64,000 nt of DNA from Stegostoma tigrinum (taxonomy: Eukaryota): contig NC_081359.1 of assembly GCF_030684315.1 (NCBI RefSeq), positions 79,090,804 to 79,154,803 of the forward strand, written 5' to 3'. A program made the position numbers and the translations under genes. Shown here piece by piece: positions 50,853-63,800 of the stretch; position 1 is the first letter of the stretch, and each line of letters starts with the position of its first letter. Below the pieces are notes generated by a model. That model made no database searches. It was not told the DNA's origin and worked only from the letters and a program-made list of their open reading frames with translations.

Positions 50853-52249
50853 AGCTTTTGTGCTCCTGAGATGCTGCTGGGCCTGCTGTGTTCATCCAGC
50901 CTCACATTTCATTTATCTAAAGTGAACTTCTGTGTGATCCTTTTCCCTGATGTCTTCAATCTTAGGTTGTACCTCATAAAACAACTTACAAGATGTTTAT
51001 TTTATGGGAGGTTTATTTATTATGCTGCAATTTTTTAGGCATATTAATGTACAATAATATTTTGAGGAAGAATTAGCAAAAAAATACAAAATTATCATTT
51101 TGTTGTTTATGGCCTGTTTCAAATGCACTAGAATTGCAACTTTGTTTCCTGTGAGATTGTTGTTTTTGATTGTTTGTAATAGAGCCAGTCTAATTCTACA
51201 AGTGAATAAAAAATTGCTGAACTTCTTTAAGTAGCACAAATAAGCCTTTTGATTAATTTGAATTATTTCAAGCCATTTCTTTTGAATCTACTTGTCCTAT
51301 CTGAGCTTTCAGTTATCCAACATTTGCATCTAAAATATTATGTCTCGCATGATTCAATGTTATCCAATCTTATATACGTCTTCGTTTTTCTCTTCCACGT
51401 ATCATACAACTATTTTCCTTATCCAGCTAAATTTTTAGTACAAGTGGATTTACCCTAATAAAGGCAGAAAAATTGATAAATCATACAGTCAATTCATTTT
51501 CTCAAGAGTATTGAAACAGGTATTTCTCTGTAATATTCCCTGAATATAACGTGAAATTTAGATCGTTTGTAAACTTTGTTTACTGAAACGTAAGCTGTGC
51601 TCTATGTGGCTAAGATGATCTTGACTTTGCTCCAGATTTCATTCCAGTTGACAGGAATCAAAGCTTAAGCTGGCAACTTGGAACTTTACATATTCTGCTT
51701 CTTTAAGTCAACACATAATGTATTAAAATATTCTCGTGTTCTTTAACATGATTGATGACACATAAAAAGCCTGCCTAAAATTCTAAGTTAATAATTTTAA
51801 CAGTGAGTGCAATAGAAGTTTTATTTTAAATAACCAATATTTAAATGAAAGCTTTTTTAAGCTCCATGGCAAAATTCATAAAAGAACTTTCTTCTTTGCA
51901 CAATAAGCATTAAATGCTTTGTTAATTAATTCTAAAACGAACCAGTCTCTCACATGAATCAGACTAAAGGGAAGATACTTTTTCAAGAACACTTGCTTGG
52001 CCTCATTTATCATATTTAATTTGTGCGATAAGCAGCTATAGGATCTGAGCCTTTATTGATCACACTCATTCAGCACACCATACCTTCTCCCACAAAACTA
52101 GATGCACTACCATTAAAAAAAATGCTCCCCTGAGGATTTTTGATGACTTGATCAGACACTTCTACGTGGACAGCTATACTACAGTAAATAGCAGGAGCTG
52201 GCATGAAAGAAAGTCAAAGAAAATTTTACGTCATGGAGAATTCCACCTT

Positions 52250-52505
52250 CTCAGCGGAAAGCAGTTTCATTGTGGTGAGGCACTCTCATGGGAAGAGAGG
52301 GGTAAAAAAAAAGTCCCATAAAGTTGACTTTGCCAACTAAGTGCTTTGATGCAAGAGGAAAAACAATATGAAACAAATGTTATTGCATAGACTTGTCTCA
52401 TGTTAAGAGGTCTACAGGGTGGGACAGGAGGGATGCTTCGAGTAGGATGTAATAAATGAGACTATGGCTCTATCTCACTCACTTCCTGTCAACACAGGAT
52501 ACAGA
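52250..52505. promoter_or_regulatory. Candidate endothelial enhancer in intron 4
   Basis: ETS cggaaa 52255, aggaaa 52356, aggatgt 52444, acttcctgt 52481; SOX cattgt 52268, aacaat 52362; RBPJ tgggaa 52289; GATA ctatct 52470; TCF ctttgat 52344. Confidence 0.35.
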
Positions 52506-54375
52506 CCTACTGTCTCTGTTTTGTGCTGCCAACTTGGGCATTATATGGGTACTCCTCCTTGTGGATTATGCTCCTTAGTAGGAGATACTTTCAACCTATT
52601 ACCAAGATTTTAACATATCTTTCTGAAACATATAATTATCCTTAAATCTACAAAGTAGATACTGATTTAAATGTACTTTAAGATTGTTGCAGTTTAAGTT
52701 ACTTGCAATAAAGTGATGTTAATTGGAGGGTACATTATAAATTTACATACGCCTGGCAAACTGTACATTTTTAATTTGGTTTAAATAATACTAGTATGGA
52801 GATTATTCAAACTACTTAAATTAGAAATGTTTAAGATTACTGATGAATGCAAAACATTTTTCACTCAATATTGCTTAATACAGCCAGGTCTAAATAACTG
52901 CATCAAAAATATGACTTCATTTCTATTGAATCACAATTTTTCTAAATTTAAAATTTATATAAATTTTACGCCTGCTTTCTACTTAGTTATGCATTTTTCT
53001 TTTCAACTATACCTACTGTTTCTCTGGTAATCTTACATTTCCTACTTCCATCATTGTAAAAATATTTGGAAAGTTGACAAGCAAAACAATTCACTACATG
53101 AGAAGCACTGCAAGGATGTGTTGAAATGTATTGCAAATTCAAATTTTGCTTCGAGTTTCTTCATCTGATTTTTTAACTTTTTTAATATTTACTTTCATTA
53201 TTTTGCTTTAAATCCTAGATGACAATAAGACGATTGAATTAAAGGTGATGGATGATGGGAAAATAACAGAAAGAGTGAGAAAAAAGAGGAACATTAATGT
53301 AATGTTTATATTGATGCAGGTCAGATCCCTGTTTAACATGTTGCACTGTGTCACAAACACTGCATAGCCTCTGTATTCTCTACTTATTCCAAATCTTCTA
53401 AGATTTGATACTAATTGTAGTTAGCACAGAAGAATGAATGACAGAGAACCTTGCCAGAATTTGAACTCAAGATCTTTTGGCACCAGTACAATACTCACAT
53501 CATTGACTTAGCTAATCTAGAAGAGAATCACATGTCAAGGCTATTGGCAAATAAGAGAAGATTGGAAAGACAGCAGAAGAAATTTCTGCCTAACAGGAAT
53601 GGAGATGGAAGATCCATTTTAAAAAGTCTGAGGAGAAATCTTAGAGCTACAATATTCCAAGTGGTCGGATATTCGACCCAATGCCCGTACTTAGTTTATT
53701 ACATTTTACTGTGACACTTTTAATGCATAGGCACATCTGTCTATAATTACATGCACTGCATTTGCTCATAACTGATTAAAGCGACAAAATGCTCTCATGA
53801 GGAGTCATAATGACCAGTGCTTGCACATGTATGCAAACATTAACACATTCCTTAACTAAAATACACTTCTTAAATCTTGAAGACAATGCATTTAGGGACA
53901 AAAATACATTTGCAATTGATCAAAGACTAATAATAATTAACTTACAATTTACTGCATAACCTATTTTTAAAACATTCCTAAAACAGTAAATTGTTGAATC
54001 CAAATTTTAAAAGATGCATAGACAAAACAGTACCCAATGATAGTAAATAATCATTCAAAAATCAAGAACCGATTTCTAAATTGAATTGAAGTTGGTAGGC
54101 CGACATGATTGAGGTACAAAGCTGAAAATAACCCAACCAAATGACTGAAATTTGTTAAAATTTTCAGCTTTGTTTTGATACTTCTTAATTTGACTTTCAG
54201 CCAATTGCGCCACTTGTTCTGATCTCTTCACAAGCCAAACCATTTAAACAACTTAATAAATAAATTATAATAAGCACCAATACAGATTCTGAAAATAATT
54301 CATGAAATAAGTGCTTGAGGTAGTGATATACTTCTAGTTGTTAACTATACTATATAAATACTGCATTCAACCTAC

Positions 54376-54500
54376 TGTTTTCAAAGTGACGGTGAGATCT
54401 GGGGCTGTGACCCTGCATGGTATAATTAGCGTCTTTCCTTCTGTCATGTACACGACTTTGGGAACATCTGTGTATTGCTCAACAAAGGGACTGTGTTTGT
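54376..54500 (-). CDS. FLT1: FLT1 exon 4 equivalent (Ig domain 2, N-half), 125 bp
   Basis: tttcag|AC...AAAACA|gtaggt. DKHSPFVEQYTDVPKVVYMTEGKTLIIPCRVTAPDLTVTLKT (inside ORF 54367..54555). Confidence 0.95.
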
Positions 54501-55333
54501 CTGAAACAAAATCAACATTTTTATTCAGCTGAAACTTAAGGAAATGGTTTTGCAATGCAGAAAATTGCTAGCCCAAAGACAGACTCGTTAAGAGTTCACT
54601 TATGTTTACATGGAAGCATATATAACCTGAAGTAACAGAATTGCACAGGCATTTTTCCAAAGATCTATTAGAATAAAAGCCGAAGTTTGCTTCAGTGTCA
54701 ATTTTTTCACTAAAAATGGCACTTGTCTTTAAAACAATCCACACCTGCAACATATTCATTTTGTAGATAAATAGTATGAGTGAAGAACATCATTAAAGTA
54801 GTTTTTCAGGCATACCATTTATAGCAAATTCTCACAGGCTTTACTCTTGCCATGTTTGTGAATCTCATTGACAACGACACCTTTTTCATTGCCAGTTTCA
54901 ATAATTCACTGTTACTGAAAATATCCACTAGGTATCACATTTGACCTGTACAGTAGCTACAATTAGAACATTTGACAGGAAAGAAAATGCTACAGTACAT
55001 TCATTGGTATAATGGGGCGTATACATGAAACTATTTTGATGAACTATTTGTTTCTTTGTAACAGGAGTAATCGTATAATTGCTTTGCCCAACATAACTGG
55101 GTACTACTGGAGAATTATTAGGTTGTTAAATGTGCACAAAAACATAAGTAGTCCTATGATATGGTTGTTCTGGCATGGATGGTCTGAAATGTAGCACCCA
55201 ATATATGCCTTGTATCTTTGAATACAGTGATTCTACAATTATAGCTCATAGCAATGTGAAAATATTAGCTCTTAATTGTATTGTTGGGTCCAAATTGTTG
55301 CCAATCAAGAAAAACAAGCTCTGTACAACAGTA

Positions 55334-55558
55334 ACAAAGACAGAAGTTTCTGAAAAAGCTCAGCAGGTCTGGCAGCATCTGTGAAGAAAAATCAAGAGTA
55401 AACGTTTTGGGTCCAGTGACCCGTTCTGCGGAATAGTCACTGGGCCCAAAATGTTAACTCTGATTTTTCTTCACAGATGCTGCCAGACGTGTTGAATTTC
55501 TCCTGAAATTGTTGTTTTTGTTTCTGATTTACAGTATCTGCAGCTCTTTTGGTTTTTA
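55334..55558 (+). mobile_element. ORF-less Penelope-like family B hairpin element (~225 bp)
   Basis: Arms tctggcagcatctgtgaagaaaaatca...ttttgggtccagtgac / gtcactgggcccaaaa...tgatttttcttcacagatgctgccaga plus tail. Diverged 15-bp target duplication ctctgtacaacagta (55319) / ctttgtgcaacagta (55559). Confidence 0.85.
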
Positions 55559-57094
55559 CTTTGTGCAACAGTACATGATAACTTGTGCAGACATTTGCTC
55601 ATTGTCATATATATATTGGTTAAAGTTTAAGAATCACCTGTAAGCTCTCAGCCAAACACTCAGGACCTCTGCTGTGTTACTCTGTTCCCTTCCACCTTCA
55701 GAAACCACTTTCAAATGTTTTTGCTTTGTACAGCTTTTTCCACTTTATGCCTTACCTAGAGAAGAGTGTCCATTTGCACTCAAAGTCTTGGAAAATTGTC
55801 CAAAAAGTTTCTTTGTGATAACCTCTCTAAGAATAGAAGCTGTTAGAAAATTGTTTCATACAGCAGCTTTACATGCAAGTTATAAACTCATGTAAAGCTA
55901 AAATCACTCTTCAGCAAGGCAAAGAACTCCAGTTAATTGGACATTGGTTGATTTTATAATTCTCAAAAAAACTAGGATCACATCATACCACAATTATGGC
56001 AATTTAAGCTACGGGATGCCAATACTGTTCAAAGCTACAGGTCTGTCTAATCTTGCTTTCTATGGAATATGCTGTTCATGTTCTCATCAGACAGTTCCCA
56101 AATTTGTCTGACAGATTTTCTCACAACTTTTTAGTGTACTTTGAGTAAGGCATTTCCATTGATGTGATCCCACACAAAGAAGAAAGTCAAAAGGAAAAAG
56201 ATGCCCTGAGAACCTCTTAATTAGATGAAGGGCTGGAGTTTTCCTTTTGTTTGAGGAATGTTGTATTCTTGAAATATTTTTTAACATGTTGTTTTGTGAC
56301 ATAATACACACCCTCAAATGACTTTAACCAGGGAGTAAAAATAATTGCTCCCTTGTGGACTATTCAGAAATGGTATGGGATGAAGAAAAGAGCTACTTCC
56401 ATGCATAAAGATTATTGCCATGTGGCTTCCTGAAACTCACCATGCCATTGTGGAGATCATGAGAAATATTAGGAAGAGTTGCTGGATATTGCTGCATGCA
56501 GACATTGTGTCACCAGCAACTGAAGCTATGGGACTGCTACTTACATTAAATTCAAAGCCATTAGTGCTGACAACTGGAACAGGAATAGATAGCCATATGC
56601 TGCCATTAATTCAGTGCACACAGTAAACTAGTCAAAGTATGCAAATTAATGTGAAACTGAAAATATCTAATGCAGGTATATGTCATTCTTAATTTTGTGT
56701 AATTCATAAACTCACTATTAATGGTGTACTGAAATGGAAGAGGTTATTTTGTTTTAATTCATGTTGAGGCTGGTTTAAATTCAAATAACTTGCAACCTTG
56801 TGAGGTAGGCATGAGCAACTGTCCAGCTTTTTACCCTGTGGATTATGGATCTCAAATAAGGAAGCAATGGAGTCATTGTAATTGTCTTCAATATTTCTGA
56901 ACTATGGCAAAATCAGCGTGGTCTGTTAGAAATACATATGCGGAACAATAAGTGAAGGTAGGGCTGGGTTTTACTGTACTGTTTCCTGTGGCTAAAATTA
57001 TTAACACAATACTACTTGTTGCATTGCTCTGGGAAAATTCCTGTGTCCCCAAAGATAGTAATTCAAATAAGTCACAACAACTTGCATTTTCCAG

Positions 57095-57410
57095 CACCTA
57101 TAACATGTTTCAACATGCATCACATGAGATTAATCAGACAAAAATTCTCAGAAGCTTGCTCAAAGAGGGATGTTTTAAAGATGACTTTGAAGGAGGAGAA
57201 AGAGGTGCAGAGACAAAGGGGTTTAACAAAGGGAATTGTAGGTTGAGGGTAGATGGGTAAAGACATTGCCACAATGTGTTGGATGTAGAAAAGAGCTGAG
57301 CTGAAGTAAAACTGAATTCTTGGAGGGTTGTTGGAATGGAAGAGATTGCAGAGTTAGAGGAGGGTCTAGACCTTGGGAAAGATTTAAACAGGAGGATGAG
57401 AATATTCAGT
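57095..57410 (-). mobile_element. Old L2-like 3' fragment
   Basis: atgttttaaag...tttgaaggaggagaaagaggtgcagaga...gatttaaacaggaggatgagaat resembles antisense L2 3' regions. Confidence 0.45.
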
Positions 57411-60207
57411 ATTGGTCATTACTTTAATTACCAAAACAGCTTTGTTTAAAACAAAATAAACAGTCCCCAGTTACTGAAAATTTTTAATCAGTCAATAGTT
57501 GATACTTGAAGACTCTGAAAATCCTGGATCTAATTATCAGTCTGCAGTAAATTAATTGATTTCCACCAAGGTGCTTATTAGGGTATTACAACTGACTTGG
57601 TGTCATGGAGGTAAGGAGAGGAATATTGGTAAAGATTTCAGCTTATTGTCACATTCCAGCAGACTGCATGGAGGTGCAAATATATGGACATACAGTGATG
57701 GTAGGATCAGGAATAGCTGAAGTGTTTGCTACAATCAATGGGATACCATCATTCAGCAGCAAGATTCATACGTTTGTAGTAGACAATTGAACACATGTGG
57801 AACCATAGTCCAGCAAAGATCATTCAGGAAAGATTTGGAATAAAGGACAGAATATCATTTTCTTTTTATTTAAAAATGAAAACCCTATGCTGGTCCTGTA
57901 GGCAATTTAGATCAGATTCAGTATGAAGGAGGAAATGTGTTAACCACATTGAAAATATGGTTTCACCTAATCAACAATGTAGTTGAAACAAAGTCCAGCA
58001 TTGATTAAATATAAATAAACATTAAAGTGATTGCAAATTATACAGAAGCACAGAATTTTTCATTACTTTAATACTAGTAAGTGCATAATACTACAATAAA
58101 AACTTCACATGCTGATAAGAACACCAATTTTTAAAGGCATGCATGACACTTTCTCAATAAACTGAAGGCACCTTTGGTGTGGTTTATGTACTTCCAAACA
58201 ACGCAAACTCAGAATTTGCACTTTAAATCTGGGAAAACAGCAGATCAGTGACCCTCATGGAGCTAATTTGGGAAGTTGAATAAACAATGTCCTGCCACAG
58301 GAAACAATAGAGAACTACTACTGAATCTAATTCTACTTGCTTCACTTTCCCAAGCACTATTAAAAACCCTGGAGGGATTATTTTTAATTGAAATCAACAT
58401 TGAATGCATTGCTATTTATCAAGCCTAAGATCTGCTGGTTACACTGTAATATTCATCAATTAGGTGTCTCATAAGACCCTTGTCAGAAATAGTCAAGTGT
58501 ATTTTCTTTTCATTTTTCACTTTCAGGATAAGGAGTCACCAGTCACAAACTGATGTGTCCTTGTAAAGGATATGGTAATCTTCTTTTTGATCCTATAAGT
58601 GCCTTTGCATGAGTGTACCCCCACCAGAAACCCTCAAGCAATCCTAACTGGATTTGCTATTCACACTTCCTGAATGCCTGGAAAATGTAGTGCTCCTCCC
58701 CAATGGTGGGGGACCAACTGATCCAACAGTAGGGGCTACACTGTATTCCCATCTCAGCCCCAATTTAGTCCAGAATAGGAAAGCTAATGGAAAACATTCC
58801 TACATGATTTCTAATTAAGGCCTATTTAAATGCCTCATCCCATTGCTAATAGCCCTCCCAACAAGCTAAGTGTTGAAATTTTCAGTAAGGCTGTCACATT
58901 TTCGTAACTGCCTGACTTCAAACTGGCTGTACGGTGGTGTGGATCATAGACTTGAGGCTGGAAGAGTTTAGGAGACAAGTAAGTATAATTTTAAAAATTT
59001 ACATGGCTTATTTGCTTGTATTTAAAAGTTCATGGCACTACATTTTACCAGGCATTCAAGAAGTGTGAATAGCAAATCTGGTTGGTATTGCTTGTTCATG
59101 GCTCACTGGAAGAGCATCAAGAAATTGTAAAATTAGAGGGTCCTCTGTAGCATCTCACAAGTGGCTCACCCAAGAAACATTTTTGCTCATAGATGCTGTG
59201 CAAATCAAAATTGTGACAAATGTGCTTACAGGATTGGAAGACACCCATAAACAGATCAAGAAGAAAAGGGCACAGCTTTAAATTTTTTGCAAAAGAAAGG
59301 AATGTGAGGTGATTAAAAAAAATCTTTCAGATAGCAAATAATTAATGTTTGGATTGCACTGCATGGAGGTATCATGCAGGCAGTTTCAATTGAGGCATTC
59401 AAGAGAGCATTAGATAATTGCACATTATTTAAATAAAACAAAAGGTACAAGAAAAAGCCAGGAGATTGGCACAATTTTGTGATTCTGTGAATTCAACAGG
59501 GTCACAAATGATCAGGCATCACAGCACAGAGGGAGCAGAGTTCAGTACCAAGACAAATCAGGTGGTGCCCGGCATACCCCTTCAGCCCAAGAGAGATGAT
59601 CATGAAGATAGCAATTCCATTGCTGCCAATAAGGTGGTTGGTCCTGGCACACTCCAGAGGAGGACCACCTTCCTTTCTCTCCTACTGCAGGACCTCCAGT
59701 TCCCCTGTGCCATCTGGGCTCCGAGTAGCGCAGTGGTAAGCACTGGTAGAAACCCTACCCCTTAGGCCAAGTAGCAGCCACTGTGATAATCTATATGAGT
59801 GATGGCATTCCCATGACAGTTAATTGGCTGGGAAACCCACATCCATGTGAATTAAGGGCTCGGTCCTGGTAAAATCTCAGAAGTAGGTAACATTTCTGGT
59901 GGACATGTTTCTAGGCCCCCTAAAAAAGTCTATCTCCTGTTCCCTGCCTGAAGTGACAAATCTTTCCCAATTGCCTCAATGTTCTTCTGTTGATTTTTAT
60001 GATTGCATTTACCCACTGCATAGCTCCACTTGTCAGGTGTTATTCAAAATTTGGTGTAATTCTGACCTGCTTCCTTGTTTCTCCTAGTGACTGTTTAAAC
60101 ATTTTATTTCTAACAGAATAAATATACATTGAATGTAAAGTATTCTAAACTTAACAGAAACAAAAGAGACCTTCATAAGACAAAAACAACTACAATGTTG
60201 GTCTTAC

Positions 60208-60425
60208 CCTTAACAAATATATAGAGCGCAGTCTTTCTTTGTCGGGCATTTGAAGATGAGCTATTGCAGTAATAGTATCCTGTGTCTTTAGCCTGCGTTT
60301 TGCTTAAAGTCAGGTTACTCCAGAAAGGTCTATTGCTGACCCCACTGTTAAAATTAATTATACTCAGTCTTTCAGTTCCATTAATTACATGATTTGGCCA
60401 GGACCATGATACATGTGATGATCCC
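60208..60425 (-). CDS. FLT1: FLT1 exon 3 equivalent (Ig domain 1), 218 bp
   Basis: ttttcacag|G...GTTAAGG|gtaaga. Translates GSSHVSWSWPNHVINGTERLSIINFNSGVSNRPFWSNLTLSKTQAKDTGYYYCNSSSSNARQRKTALYIFVK, with the Ig DTGxYxC motif. Absent from the ORF track. Confidence 0.92.
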
Positions 60426-60864
60426 CTGTGAAAATAAAAAGGTAAAACATTGCAGAATCCAGTTCATCTTTTTCACTGAAGTAAAATCAGATTACTTAGA
60501 AATATCATCGGTACGTTAAGCTTCAATGTTACCACTTTATTGGCTTGTGCCATCTTAAAGAAAAAGAGTGCAAGTGGTGAAATAAAACCAGAGAATGTTT
60601 AAAATAAACATTAGGTTAGTCAACAACTGTAAACAGAAAATGCTAATCTGAAAACCTCTTAGCTTCTTTTAATCCCCTGCTACCAATGAAAGGAAGTTTG
60701 GGAAGTCACAATAACAGCATCGTGGTACTCGCTGAGCTGGAATTTGCAGATCCTACTGCAGTGGAAAAGTTAGCAAGTGGGCCTGGAGATTTGCATAGGA
60801 GGGCAGGAAGCAGGCCCATGGCAGCGGGAAAACTGTAAACAATTATGGGAAACTATTGACAAAT

Positions 60865-63800
60865 TGGTAATGTCGCAAGACTAGTCATCCAGAGCCCCAA
60901 GCTAATGTTCTATAAATTCAATTGAAGTCAATTTTTTAAAAATTGGAATTGTAAGCTAGTTTAATGGTGATTGTCAATTATCATAAAATCCATCTGGTTC
61001 ACTAATGTCTTTCAAGGAAAGAAATCTGCTGGCCTTGATCGTTGGTCTATACTCAACTCCAGACCCACAGCAACGAAGCTGACTCTTAAGTACCTCTGAA
61101 ATGGCCTCACAAACTACTATAAAATCTGTAGAAAGGAAACAACTAGATAGACCAAGTGGCATCAACCTAGACACCATCAATGGAAGCATCAAAACTGCAA
61201 ACTTCTCAACAACATCTGAAATCTGTGCCAAAATTGAGAAAGCTGTACCTCAGATTAGACAGGCACCAGAGGTATATAGTCACACTCATGGAATCATACC
61301 TAATAGCCAATATTCTAGATGCTACCATGACCATCCTTGGATTTGTCCTGTTCTACTGCCAGTACAGGCCGACCAGAGGTGGTGGCATAGCTGTACACAG
61401 TTAGGAATGAGTTGCATGGGAGTCCTCAACATGGAGCTTGGACTCCATGAAGTCTCATGGCATTAGATCAAACCTGGGCCAAGAAGCCTTCTGTTCATTA
61501 CCACTTATTGCCCCACCTTGGCTGATGAATCATCACTCCTGTAAGTTGAACAACACTTGGAGGGAACATTGAAGGTTTCTTTGGGTGGGTGACTTCAATG
61601 TCCACCACAACATGTGGTTCAGTAACACCACTCCTGACCAAGGTAGTCAAGTCTTCAAGGACAAAACAGCTAGACTGAGATGTGACAGGTGGTGAGGGAA
61701 CCAACAAAAAGGAAAAATCTACTTAACCTCATCCTTAGCAATCTATCTGTAGCTAACCCTAAACCTAACCTTCATCTTTCCATAGCAGTATTTGTAGAAC
61801 TGATCACCGTACAGTCCTTGCGGAGGCAAAGTTCTATCTTCACATTGGAGATACTCTCCATTGTGTTTTGTAACATGACTGTGCTAAACGGGACAAGCTT
61901 CAAAAGATCAAGCAAGTAAAAACTGGCATCCAAGAAATGCTGTGGGCTATCAATAGTAGCAGAATTTCAAATCACAACCACAAACTGGAATTTCATGTTC
62001 CTAAGAGATGCAGCGTGGAGCTGGAGGATCACAGCAGGTGAGAGGAGCAGGAAAGTCGACTTTTCGGGTAAGGATTGAGGAGGGGAAAGGGAAGCTCAGA
62101 AATAAATAGAGGGGCAGGATGGAGCTGAGGAAAGGTAGGTGGAGTGGTGTTAAGTGGATGCAGGTAGGGGTTTGTGGAGATTGGTCAATGGGATGGGTGG
62201 GGTGGATAGGTGAGAAGGATGATGGACATCTTGTTTTAGATCAAGGAAGCGGGGATGAGAGGGAGGGCTGCACATACGATGAGGCTGAGGGTAGGGGGAG
62301 TTTGAAGCTAGTGAATTCTATGTTGAGTCCATTGGGTTGTAAGCTCCCAAGGCAGAATATAAGGCGTTGTTCCTCCAATTTTCATGTGTCCTCATTGTGA
62401 CATTGGAGGAGGCCCGGGTTGGTCATGTCACCAAGGGAGTGGGAAGAGGGGTTAAAATGGTTGGCAACCAGAAGATGATGTTGATTGGAGCATACAGAGC
62501 ACAGATGCTCCATAAATCTGTCATCGAAACTGTGCTTGATCTCTCAGATGTAGAGGGACCATAACTTCCCCTCTCCTGTGATTTATAATGCCCTCAATTG
62601 CATCTCGTGCATTTCCTACACTTCTGCCCTCAAATCCCCTCCCCCACTAACAACAATAAGGGTAGAGTTTCCTGATCCTTACCTAACACCCCACCAACTT
62701 CTGAATTCAATGCATCATCCTCCGCCACCTGCAGTCATACCCCACCACCAAACAGATATTCCCGTCTCCGCCCCATCTACTTTCCATAGGGATCTGTCTC
62801 TCCATGACTCTCGTCTGCTTCACACTCCCCACCAATCCCACCACACGTGGCACCTTTCCCTGCAACCACAAGAAGTGCTAGCCCTGCCCCTACATCTCCC
62901 TCCTCATCTCCATCCAAGGCTCCAAACAATCATTCTATATCTAACGGGGATTCACCTCCCCATCCCCAGCCTCATCCCATTTCCAACCTGGTATACTGCC
63001 TCTGTTGTTCCTGATGTGGTCTCCTCGACACCAGAGTGCCCAAGCACAGACTTGATAACAAATTCGCGGAACATCTGCACTCTGTACACTCCAGCCTTCC
63101 TGTTGCCAGCCATTTCAACTCCGCTTCCCACTCCCTTGGCGACATGTCTCTCCTGGGCCTCCCCCAAAGTCACAATAATGCCACATGAAAATTGGAGGAA
63201 CAACACCTTATATTTCACGTTGGAAGCTTAGAGCCCAATGGCCTCAATGTAGAATTCACTGGCTTCAAAATCTCCTTATGCCCAGCTTCATCCCATGCCC
63301 AGCCCTCCTTCTCATCCTCACCTCCTTGATCTGACACAACCTGCCCATCATCCTTCTCACCTGTCCACCCCACCCTTCCCATTGACCAATCTCAACAAAA
63401 CCCTACCTGCATCCACCTAACACCACTCCACCTACCTTTGCTCAGCTCCATCTTCCCACTTTATTTATTTCTGAGCTCCCTTTTCCTCTCCCCAGTACTG
63501 ACCTGAAAAGTCAACTTTCCTGCTCCTTTGATTCTGCCTGACCTGCTGTGTTCCTCATTTCATGTTCCTACTTGCTCACTATGTCCAGTTTGGCTTCAGC
63601 CATGGTTGCTAAGCTCTTGAAGTCACTACAGCAATAGTCCAAACATGAACAATAAAGATAATGTTGTAAGGCAAAGATAAAGATAATGTGGTAGTGAGAC
63701 TCCCTAGTATAACTGTAATCAATGGGAGTCTGGGACAAAGCACTCTGTTTGTTTGAATCATATCAAGCACAAAGGATGATGGTTGTGGTTGTCAGCAGTT

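Larger units (their letters stand above)
50293..50909 (-). mobile_element. Young ORF-less palindromic Penelope-like family A element (tail plus long arm 50293-50747, short inverted arm ~50750-50909)
   Basis: Closely matches 5348-5846. A 16-bp direct repeat catttatctaaagtga lies at 50277-50292 and 50910-50925 (partly overlapping the element ends). Confidence 0.92.
22437..60425 (-). other. FLT1: FLT1/VEGFR1 gene, partial (exons 3-10 equivalent, extracellular Ig domains 1-5); gene extends beyond both window ends
   Basis: Eight exons with AG/GT ends splice into one frame. Lengths 218/125/160/137/175/118/170/157 match human FLT1 exons 3-10 as I recall them (227/125/163/137/175/118/170/160). FLT1-like motifs: MTEGKTLIIPCRVT, WDSKQGF..TYKFIGLLTCE..YLTHRQ, KVKAFPPPE, KPHICEKAVS. 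The paralogue kdrl is less likely but not formally excluded. Confidence 0.88.
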
